Assembly (NCBI GenBank): GCA_013375475.1 | Contig: JABXKD010000071.1 | Location: forward strand, 1-17,614 | Source of the DNA: Promethearchaeota archaeon | GTDB taxonomy: Archaea > Asgardarchaeota > Lokiarchaeia > Sigyniarchaeales > SOKP01 | DNA: 17,614 bases | Direction of reading: 5' to 3' | In this document: positions 7,061-15,305 of the stretch, piece after piece | How positions within the stretch are numbered: position 1 is the first letter of the stretch | Layout: each line of letters opens with the position of its first letter | Translations under genes and position numbers: made by a program | Notes under the pieces: generated by a model | What the model saw: the letters and a program-made list of their open reading frames with translations, nothing else | What the model was told of the DNA's origin: nothing | The model's database searches: none

Positions 7061-8086
7061 ATGAGTACAAATAAAATCACGGTCTGTTTTACATCCCCTG
7101 TGTCAAAAGAAGTCCAGAATTACTTAGGAAAAAACCTTAAAAAACATCCAAATGTAAAAATTTTATTTCCAAAAGATACTTCTGAAGAGATTTTATCAGA
7201 TATAGTTCCTAACGCAGATATTTTGATTGGATGGAGACCCTCAAAAACATTGTTAGACAAGGCAACTAAACTAAAAGTATTCATTAATCCCGGTGCTGGT
7301 GTCAATCATCTTTTGGATTTATTTAGGAGAGTAAATAAAAATCGTAAAGTTTTATTGATCAATGGACACGGTAATTCTTACTTTGTAGCTCAACATGCCG
7401 TTGCCCTACTTTTAACTCTGATGAACAAAACTATTTCTCATCACATATGGATGAAAGAAGGTAGATGGCGTACTGGAGATAAAGATGCAGCATCAATTCC
7501 ATTACGCTTTCGAGAAATTGGACTTCTAGGTTATGGCGCAATTAACCAAAAAGTACATTGTTTTCTCTCAGGATTTAATGTGAATTTTCATATTTTAAGA
7601 AATAATTGGAATAAACAAAAGAACGAGTTGCCCACTCCCGCTAAAAAATACGATTTCAACCAGCTGTATGATTTTTTAAAAGAAATTGATGTTTTAATGA
7701 TAGCGATTCCAGTTACTTCACTAACATCAGGATTAATTAAAGCCAAGGAAATCCGTTTGCTAGGACCAGATGGTCTAATTATCAATATTGCTAGAGGAGA
7801 GATCATTAATCAAGAGGATCTTTACAAATCTTTGAAAAATAGAATAATTACGGGGGCAGCTATAGATGTTTGGTATGATTATCATCCGCTTCCAGATAAA
7901 AACGGCATTAAACATCCTTATGAGTTCCCTTTTCATACACTTGATAACATTATTTTATCTCCGCATAGGGCATACTCTCCTTTTAGTGATCTGTTGAGAT
8001 GGAATGAAGTAGTGGAAAATATTGCTCGCATGGCTAAGGGGAACAAAAACCTAATCAATGTTGTCAATCTGGAGGAGGAGTATTAA
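7061..8086 (+). CDS. D-isomer-specific 2-hydroxyacid dehydrogenase family protein
   Basis: GAGVNH, VAQHAVALLL, Rossmann IGLLGYGAIN, PVTSLTSGLI, INIARG, AAIDVW, ILSPHRA (catalytic Arg and His present). Confidence 0.92.
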   Translation: MSTNKITVCFTSPVSKEVQNYLGKNLKKHPNVKILFPKDTSEEILSDIVPNADILIGWRPSKTLLDKATKLKVFINPGAGVNHLLDLFRRVNKNRKVLLINGHGNSYFVAQHAVALLLTLMNKTISHHIWMKEGRWRTGDKDAASIPLRFREIGLLGYGAINQKVHCFLSGFNVNFHILRNNWNKQKNELPTPAKKYDFNQLYDFLKEIDVLMIAIPVTSLTSGLIKAKEIRLLGPDGLIINIARGEIINQEDLYKSLKNRIITGAAIDVWYDYHPLPDKNGIKHPYEFPFHTLDNIILSPHRAYSPFSDLLRWNEVVENIARMAKGNKNLINVVNLEEEY

Positions 8087-8400
8087 TTCTCTAGTAATTT
8101 AAGAATTAAACGTGTTCACTCTTTCTCCAAAGTGTTGAACTTTTATTTTTATTATTTAGAATTTTGAGATAATAGACTAATCAAGATTTTTTATCATAAT
8201 ATTTGAAAAATTAAATATTTAGAATGAAAAGCGAATATAAATTCTTTCAATTCAGACATTTCTCCTTGTTTTTACATTTTTTGCTTATTTCTGTTTTTTC
8301 TCGCGAAAAAAATGACATATAATTTTTTTTTCCAAATTTAAAAGTCCAACATTTTTTGTATTTAGGAGTTATTAGTTTTTTTAAAAAAATTTTAACTACT

Positions 8401-8550
8401 TTAATATATTCTGATAAAATATTTTCAAATAGAACTTTTAATTCAATTTCCGCGGTTATATTTAAAAATTTATATCCAAAATGAAGAATGGGGTGCCAAA
8501 TTTGACTCATTAAGATTTTTGGTAAAAATTATTTTATCAGAATATATTAA
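8401..8550. repeat. Perfect 21-bp inverted repeat with 108-bp spacer
   Basis: TTAATATATTCTGATAAAATA (8401..8421) and its exact reverse complement TATTTTATCAGAATATATTAA (8530..8550). Confidence 0.9.
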
Positions 8551-8555
8551 CCCAC

Positions 8556-8575
8556 TAAAAAACAATGTTTATATA
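8556..8575 (+). promoter_or_regulatory. Candidate archaeal BRE/TATA promoter for the RHH gene
   Basis: TTTATATA at 8568..8575 preceded by an A-rich tract, ~62 nt upstream of ATG 8638. The AT-rich background lowers specificity. Confidence 0.4.
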
Positions 8576-8637
8576 TTATTTTGGTATAAATAATTATATA
8601 TAGAATAATCAGAAAAAAATATGGTTAAGGCGATTGG

Positions 8638-8928
8638 ATGAAGATAGTTACCGTAAATGTACCTGAAAGTTATATAGATGCGATAAATAAGTTGATAGGG
8701 CAAGAAGGACTGTACCCCAGTCGATCAGAATTAATAAGATGTGCAGTCCGAAGTTTCCTTATTAAGGAGCTTAAACTCGCTAGTAATATGGCAAAATATA
8801 ATGAAATAGAAATAGAAGATTTTGACGATAAAAATTTTGTTCGAGTACCAATTGAAGGGGTAAATGAAAACTCCGAACCCGTACGAGAATTTAAAACTTA
8901 TAAAATTTTAAAGAGGCTAGAACACTAA
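8638..8928 (+). CDS. Ribbon-helix-helix (CopG/Arc/MetJ) transcriptional regulator, CdrS-like
   Basis: MKIVTVNVP (beta ribbon), ESYIDAINKLI (helix A), GLYPSRSELIRCAVRSFL (helix B; the G-x-(Y/F)-P-(S/N)-RSE-x-IR-x-AVR pattern is as in archaeal CdrS). ~45-aa C-terminal extension. Confidence 0.9.
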   Translation: MKIVTVNVPESYIDAINKLIGQEGLYPSRSELIRCAVRSFLIKELKLASNMAKYNEIEIEDFDDKNFVRVPIEGVNENSEPVREFKTYKILKRLEH

Positions 8929-9281
8929 AAACTTCTATTAACATATTTAAATATATTTTGTTATAATATTATTGGTGAAATTGAGTTTTTTATTCTTTTT
9001 CTTTTTTTCTATCTAAAATTCAAAGAAAACATATAGAATTAAATTTAACGACATTTTTGTAAGAGTGAACAATTTTTTATTTTTAATCATTATTCTATAA
9101 AAAATTTTATTTTACCTAGATGTGTTTTTAAGTATACCTAAATGATTGACAGTTGTATAAAAATAGTATTATATCTATGAATCTTTAAGTTAAATATATA
9201 AGAGTGGTAGTTTCTATTAAAATAATATCATAATTTAAAGGGTGTAAAATAATTTCGAGCGAAGAGCCTTTTCCAGATTTT

Positions 9282-10526
9282 ATGGAGTGGGGTATTATAA
9301 GTAAAGAAAATTTTGTCGGAAAAACATCTTATGATGTTCCAATTAAGAGATGGGATCCATTATCGACAGTAACCATAAGAACAGAAGACTTTGGTCTTAG
9401 AAAAGAAAGAATTAAATTCTATGGGCATTACGCTTATATAAGCCCCATTCGGGGTAAAAGACCTAAAGGCTTTACGAGCATTGAAGAAAAAAAACAGTTC
9501 TATGATTGTTCCAAGAAAATTTCGTTACAGCATAAAGACGTGTTCACAGCGATCACAGAAGGAAAGCCAATTTATGATGATAGGGGTAAACAATTAGGCG
9601 ATGGTTTTACAATGATTATTGCTGAAGACGAGAAAAGAAAAGACAATCCCTTTTTAGAAATACCACATCGAAACCAAAGAATATCAGAAGATTGTAAAGC
9701 CTTGACATTAATTAATAGGTATCCTTCGATGGCTCGGATTGTTGATCCTGATATTGAAAAATTGATAACTGATAAATTACCATTACACATAAAACTCTCA
9801 AGGGGCATAAATTTAGTTACAATTTCAAGGAATTTTTATCCTTCTCTGTGTTTTAACTTAATTCCTGAAGATATTTTAGCTAGTATATTCTTATCCATGA
9901 AAGCCGCAATTCTTTATTGTATTGAAGAAGCAATAGAGAGAGATTTTTACGATATTCCGATATCGCCCTTTTTCAATATAGGCCTTAAAGTTGGTGGCTC
10001 ACAACCACGAATACATAGCCAAGTATATATTGATTTAAATATGGATGGTCACGGAAGCCGATTGGAAGGACACCTTGAAGCATTTAAAGAGATGGGAGAT
10101 AATTGTCATCTATGTCAGACATCTCACGGAGATAGTGATAGAATTATCATTAAAACTAAGTTTTGGACTTTTTTTACCACAGGAAGTCCAGTAAGGAATT
10201 ATCACATACGATTTCATCCTAATGAACATCTACGCAGGTTTTCCCAACTAAAAGTTAATCAAATAAACGACCTTGCAAAAATATTAAAGGTTATCTTACA
10301 AGGTATGGATGACATTTCAATAGATAAAAATCGAAATATTTTGTTTAACTGTTGTCCTTATCATTACGATGCAAATTTCCATTTGTTTGGAGATATAATT
10401 CCTCACGAAATTATAGGAGGTGCTGAAATGGTTGATGATATGAGAGTTGCGAGAAAATTACCACATATAGCTGCTAGCGAAATCAGAAATTCAATTGAAA
10501 AATATGTTAACGAGATAGAATGGTAA
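9282..10526 (+). CDS. GalT-like (HIT superfamily) sugar-1-phosphate nucleotidyltransferase / NDP-sugar phosphorylase
   Basis: ISPIRGKRP, INRYPS, FNIGLKVGGSQPRIHSQ (cf. NxGxxAGASxxHPHxQ), CHLC, FHLFGDIIP...GGAE. Confidence 0.8.
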   Translation: MEWGIISKENFVGKTSYDVPIKRWDPLSTVTIRTEDFGLRKERIKFYGHYAYISPIRGKRPKGFTSIEEKKQFYDCSKKISLQHKDVFTAITEGKPIYDDRGKQLGDGFTMIIAEDEKRKDNPFLEIPHRNQRISEDCKALTLINRYPSMARIVDPDIEKLITDKLPLHIKLSRGINLVTISRNFYPSLCFNLIPEDILASIFLSMKAAILYCIEEAIERDFYDIPISPFFNIGLKVGGSQPRIHSQVYIDLNMDGHGSRLEGHLEAFKEMGDNCHLCQTSHGDSDRIIIKTKFWTFFTTGSPVRNYHIRFHPNEHLRRFSQLKVNQINDLAKILKVILQGMDDISIDKNRNILFNCCPYHYDANFHLFGDIIPHEIIGGAEMVDDMRVARKLPHIAASEIRNSIEKYVNEIEW

Positions 10527-10575
10527 TAGATTTATATCTATTATTCACCATATATATAATGTAACTTTTTTTGAG

Positions 10576-11733
10576 GTGTTCAATTTGAAAGATTGGTCTG
10601 CTATAGTACTCGCCGGAGGTAGAGGTAAAAGACTTTTACCTCTGACTTCACTGATACCTAAACCATTAGTGAAGGTTACAAATAAACCAATGGTAGATTA
10701 TTCAATAGCTCACCTAATTTATGCCGATATCAAACATATAATTCTTGCTTTGGCTTATATGGGTAAAGAATTAAAAGAATATATAGAAAAAACTTGGACA
10801 CCAGATAAATTGGGTGATGTCGAGTTAGAATGTTTTGTTCAAGAGAGTAATGGTACCGCAGATGCATACAGGTTATTAAAGAACAGTATTGATTCTGACA
10901 ATGTAGTAGTGAGCATGGCAGATATCGTTACAAATCTTCCAATGAGAAATTTTATGGATTTTCACATAGAGAAAGGTGGGATAAGCACAATTTCTATGAA
11001 AACCAGTGAAAGTCATACAAGTCAGTATGGTGTTGTTCTTCTCGATAATCATAGAAAAATATATCTATTTTTAGAAAAACCCGCTCCTATGGAATTATAT
11101 TTGAGTAGTATGGCTCAAAGAACAGATTTATTTCTGCATACAAACATTATTAACACTGGAATTTATTGTTTTAAAAGGGAAATTGAGAGTATATTGCAAG
11201 AAACAAATTTATTGGATTTTGGTAGTGAAGTTTTCCCCTATCTCCTTGAAAATTCGTATGATCTGTATGGTTTTGTTAAAAATTACTATTGGTTGGATTG
11301 TGGAAACTCCCAGACTTATTTATGGGCAAATTGGGATTTATTACGCAAATATTCTTGGCCGATTACTCCAAATGGTGAAGAATACGATGGCGTATTTGTT
11401 ATGGGAATAATTAATTCTGGTCAAAATGCAATCATTGAAAAACCCACCTGTTTTGGGGAAAATGTTGAGCTTTTTAATAGAGTGAAAATAAAACCACTTA
11501 GTTCCATTGGAAACCGCGTCAAAATAGGGGAAGATACAATAATAGAGAAAAGTGTTATCTGGGACGATGTTATTATTGGAGCAGGGTGTCACATTGATGA
11601 CTCTATAGTTTGCAATAACTGCCAAATAGGGGATAATGTCGTTTTACATAATGCAATAGTAGCACCCAATAGTAAAATCAGCAGTGATACTCAAATAAGA
11701 GATAAAACTCTGGAACTTGGAACCAACATCTAA
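10576..11733 (+). CDS. NDP-sugar pyrophosphorylase (mannose-1-P guanylyltransferase / GlgC-like) with C-terminal left-handed beta-helix
   Basis: AIVLAGGRGKRLLPLT..PKPL, GTAD, YGVV, FLEKP, INTGIY, DFGSEVFP, YWLDCG, then hexapeptide repeats. The true start may be the in-frame TTG at 10585, with GAGGTG (10573..10578) as SD. Confidence 0.92.
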   Translation: MFNLKDWSAIVLAGGRGKRLLPLTSLIPKPLVKVTNKPMVDYSIAHLIYADIKHIILALAYMGKELKEYIEKTWTPDKLGDVELECFVQESNGTADAYRLLKNSIDSDNVVVSMADIVTNLPMRNFMDFHIEKGGISTISMKTSESHTSQYGVVLLDNHRKIYLFLEKPAPMELYLSSMAQRTDLFLHTNIINTGIYCFKREIESILQETNLLDFGSEVFPYLLENSYDLYGFVKNYYWLDCGNSQTYLWANWDLLRKYSWPITPNGEEYDGVFVMGIINSGQNAIIEKPTCFGENVELFNRVKIKPLSSIGNRVKIGEDTIIEKSVIWDDVIIGAGCHIDDSIVCNNCQIGDNVVLHNAIVAPNSKISSDTQIRDKTLELGTNI

Positions 11734-11755
11734 AACCCTTTTTTTATGGGATTTT
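11732..11755. terminator. Candidate terminator between convergent genes
   Basis: AAAACCC-TTTTTTTAT-GGGATTTT, an imperfect hairpin containing a T7 run, in the 24-bp gap between the convergent stops. Confidence 0.4.
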
Positions 11756-11757
11756 GT

Positions 11758-14700
11758 TTAAGAAATATTCTGTAAATCATCTAAAAATTTTGTTACTTGA
11801 TATTTTGAATTTTTTGCTATTTCTTCGATTCTCTGATAAAAAGTCAATAAATTATTCAGTTCCTTGCTCGCATTATTTTTACTGTTTGCAATTTTGTCAA
11901 TTACAGCAGTTATCCAAATCCACCTTGTAAAAGTAGCAAATTGCTCTGCACTATACCAAAGAAGGTTATGATATCTATTTACTTTTAAATAAACTTGAAT
12001 TTCAGGGTCCCTAAAGAAAGATTGAAAGATCTCATAAAGATTTTTTTCAGAAAAATCAATTAACTTCGCCCAGTTTTGGAGAGAAACCATTAGTTTTATT
12101 ATTGAACCGACTTCCAAATCTTTCTCGTCCTTTTTTATTGATAATACATTCAATGTATTTGCTATGTATTTTGATAAACGCCACTCATCAAACAAACTAC
12201 GACTTTTAAGTTCATAATTTTTTTCAGAAATAACTCTTCCTAATTGATGAATAAATACCCAAGAAATTACTATCCCCCATTCAAATTCAGATTTAGGAAG
12301 AATGTTGGCTAAAGTGTTCTTCATTTTAACAGAAAGATCTAAATGTGTAAAGCCGTGATGTAATTGTAAAAGTGTATTTAATTTAATTTGAATATCTTTT
12401 TCTATTTTAGTCACATCCTTATTACTCGAAGAGTATTTTTTCACTTCAGCTAAAAATATTTTAAGTTTTTTAGTTGTACTTTCTAAAATAAATTCCGTTT
12501 TCTGAGTTTCTAATAGGTTTTTAAAACTATTGATATTGACTATTTTCTTAAAGGATTCGAGTAATGGTTGGTATATTATTTCATGAAGTGTCTCGTTAAT
12601 ATTATGGACACCTCTACCCCCTAGAAGATCATATAATTGGGCGTAGTGGAAAAATTCATTATCATTTACTATTTGGAAATCCATGAATGAAAAGCATTGA
12701 AATGCTTGGAGTTCTAAATACAAACCTTGATCGTGAAGATCTTGATTTCGTCTTATATATTCTAATCCGGTCATATAATCTTTAAAGATGCAGTATCCTT
12801 CTTTTGGTAATTTTAATCCCTCAATTATGGTTTTTTGAGCTTGAATTTTATCATTTTTTTGTTTAACAGCAAAACCAACAGAATTTTTAATAAAACCTTT
12901 TGTTTCTGCATATTTATTGTGATAAATAATCAAAGCACGTTCAGTATTAACTCTATTTGAATACGCAAACACATCTTCATTCACCATATTTCCACTCCAA
13001 AAATCATAGAGTAAAAAATTATCAGCATTAGCAAATAAGTAGCGTTTTTTCATTATAGGAAAGATTACTTTTTCATGGTGTTGAAGCAGATCCAAATTGA
13101 TTTTTTCATCCCAATAAGGGCGTCTATACTCCATACCGTACTTTTCGTGAAAACCCTCTATTTGACCGTGTCCAAACATAGGCAAACCCGGCATAGTTAT
13201 CATCATTAAACAAACACCAAAATATTTCCCACTATCTCCAAATTGTTTAATAGCAGTTTCTTCGTCTGGATTATTCATGAAATTAACAAATCTTTTAAGG
13301 ATTTCGGGGTCGAATTGTAAGGTATTTTTTAAGACTAGTCGATACATGGCGTTATCTTCGTCTCTGAGCATATTCATAAAAGCAGAATTATACACACGAT
13401 GCATTCCTAAAGTCCTTACGAAAAATCCTTCGAGCAACCAGAATGCTTCTGCGAGCAATAATGTATCAGGATTTTCTTCATTGATTTTATCTACAACTTC
13501 ACGCCAGAATTCTTGTGGCATTAATTTATAAAACTCATCTTTTGAAATACCCTGTTCTGCTCTTGAAGGAATAGCACCTCCAGTTCCTGGTTCAGGAAAC
13601 CATAGGCGTTGATAATGCTTTCTCGTTAGAGTCATAGCGGCATCAAAACGAATGATGGGAAACATTTTAGAAACATGCAATATAGTTTTTATAACTGCTT
13701 CTCGAACTTCAGGATTTAGAAAGTTTAATTGAGCAGTATCATTCCAAGGAAAACTTGTTCCATCGTTTCCGTGGTAAATATATTTCTCTTCTCCTGATCG
13801 AAAATCTACATGTTTAAATGTAACAGCTGCGTCGGTTCTTGAAAAATACTTATCCTCCAAATAAATTCCGATATTTGGATCATCGGATAAATTTTCGCCC
13901 GAAAAAGTATAAGAGGGGAAGGGGGAATACGGTAGAGATACGTACCAATCAGGATGTTCCTTAAGCCATTTTGAAACAATTCCGGTATGATTGGGAACCA
14001 TATCACAGGCAAGACGAATTCCTCTCGCTATTGCTCTCTCTTTTAAATTCTTATAAGCTTCATAACCTCCCAAGTCATAAGCAATATTATAATCGTAAGT
14101 TGAATAAGCACTTGCTTCTGCTTCGGGGTTTCCACACCATCTCTTAATAGTTTTAGACGCTTGACTTCTCTCCCATAAACCAATAAGCCACAATCCAGTA
14201 AAGCCCCATTCTTTTAGTTGATCTAATTCTTCGTCAGGTATTTCATTTAAATGGGAAATATCTTTCTCATAAGTTAGAGATAATTGATTCATCCAAACAT
14301 ATACATTTTTAGCAATCATCACAACTTTAGGCATCCATTCTTTATCGAGAGTGTAATTTTCGAGTTCGAATGCATCATAATCATAAGCTTCTGACTTACC
14401 GGGACCTAAACCTCTCAGCAGTTCTTCTTCTCGTATGATGTCAATAGCAACTAAGATCTTGAAGAGGTATTTTCCTACCAGTTCCCCCCAATTCTCATGA
14501 ATATATTCCAATTGCTCACGAATTGAATGAGGATATTTAATAGCGGGTTCAGTTAGCATTTCAATTAAGTTTTGATTATTCGGACCGAATCTTGTTTTCT
14601 CTTCGAAAAAATTTGTAATTTCATCAATAATTTCCCTATAAGCAGTCCTTTTTTCAAGGGATTCATCATCAAATAGTTCTATAAAAGGAGAATATGAAGG

Positions 14701-15165
14701 ATTACTATTTCCAAACCACAAGGCTATGAATTCATCAACAAAATGGATTTTGTTACCAACACCATTAACTTCTTCTTTTAAAAATTCTTCAATATTTACT
14801 TCTTCTTGATACACTTTTTCAGGAGGGAATTCTTCTATCAAAGAATGTATAGCCTTATCCAGCTTTAAATCCCCAACTTTATCTTTTAAATAATCAAAAA
14901 GTTCCAGGATTAGTAAATCGTTTTTTGTTTCATGTCTGTACAATTCTAGTAGATATTTTTTTATTTCATACATTAGTGCCATTCCATTGAATTCACCTAT
15001 CCGAACAGCTAATTCAGGGTAATTGATTAAGTCTTTCTTTTGATTTAATTTCTGCACAAATAACCTAACTAAATGGGTATCACCCTCAAATTCAATGTTT
15101 CCCCTTTCAGTAAATTTGAAGTCATTTAATTCATATTTATTCCTAGCATCTCTCGAAATTTTCAT
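11758..15165 (-). CDS. Large GH13 alpha-amylase-family glycoside hydrolase/transglycosylase (1135 aa)
   Basis: GFTGLWLIGLWE, region I DMVPNH, region II IRFDAA (nucleophile Asp), region III LAEAFW (acid/base Glu), region IV FMNNPDE, MPGLPMF. Long helical N- and C-terminal extensions. Confidence 0.92.
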   Translation of the reverse strand: MKISRDARNKYELNDFKFTERGNIEFEGDTHLVRLFVQKLNQKKDLINYPELAVRIGEFNGMALMYEIKKYLLELYRHETKNDLLILELFDYLKDKVGDLKLDKAIHSLIEEFPPEKVYQEEVNIEEFLKEEVNGVGNKIHFVDEFIALWFGNSNPSYSPFIELFDDESLEKRTAYREIIDEITNFFEEKTRFGPNNQNLIEMLTEPAIKYPHSIREQLEYIHENWGELVGKYLFKILVAIDIIREEELLRGLGPGKSEAYDYDAFELENYTLDKEWMPKVVMIAKNVYVWMNQLSLTYEKDISHLNEIPDEELDQLKEWGFTGLWLIGLWERSQASKTIKRWCGNPEAEASAYSTYDYNIAYDLGGYEAYKNLKERAIARGIRLACDMVPNHTGIVSKWLKEHPDWYVSLPYSPFPSYTFSGENLSDDPNIGIYLEDKYFSRTDAAVTFKHVDFRSGEEKYIYHGNDGTSFPWNDTAQLNFLNPEVREAVIKTILHVSKMFPIIRFDAAMTLTRKHYQRLWFPEPGTGGAIPSRAEQGISKDEFYKLMPQEFWREVVDKINEENPDTLLLAEAFWLLEGFFVRTLGMHRVYNSAFMNMLRDEDNAMYRLVLKNTLQFDPEILKRFVNFMNNPDEETAIKQFGDSGKYFGVCLMMITMPGLPMFGHGQIEGFHEKYGMEYRRPYWDEKINLDLLQHHEKVIFPIMKKRYLFANADNFLLYDFWSGNMVNEDVFAYSNRVNTERALIIYHNKYAETKGFIKNSVGFAVKQKNDKIQAQKTIIEGLKLPKEGYCIFKDYMTGLEYIRRNQDLHDQGLYLELQAFQCFSFMDFQIVNDNEFFHYAQLYDLLGGRGVHNINETLHEIIYQPLLESFKKIVNINSFKNLLETQKTEFILESTTKKLKIFLAEVKKYSSSNKDVTKIEKDIQIKLNTLLQLHHGFTHLDLSVKMKNTLANILPKSEFEWGIVISWVFIHQLGRVISEKNYELKSRSLFDEWRLSKYIANTLNVLSIKKDEKDLEVGSIIKLMVSLQNWAKLIDFSEKNLYEIFQSFFRDPEIQVYLKVNRYHNLLWYSAEQFATFTRWIWITAVIDKIANSKNNASKELNNLLTFYQRIEEIAKNSKYQVTKFLDDLQNIS

Positions 15166-15305
15166 ATGGAATTCACATTTCTAAATATATTCTTATAATT
15201 AATTATGCCCGACTTATTATATTACGATTGACTTTTTAACGAAAGTTATTAATGTAAAACTATCTATAATAATTATATTTTTCAATTCGAAAATTCCAAA
15301 TCTCA

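Noticed and set aside
6632-7806. ORFs 6632..6838, 6845..7036, 7120..7305 and 7588..7806
   Set aside because: Antisense to well-supported genes, with no motifs.
8247-8510. 87-aa minus-strand ORF in the intergenic region
   Set aside because: K/F/I-rich translation typical of AT-rich non-coding DNA, runs through the inverted-repeat arm, and has no recognisable motif. It cannot be fully excluded.
10576-11733. eIF2B gamma/epsilon-like interpretation (same NTP-transferase plus LbH architecture)
   Set aside because: Catalytic motifs (GGxGxRL, PKP, EKP, WxDxG) are retained and the neighbours are sugar-metabolism genes.
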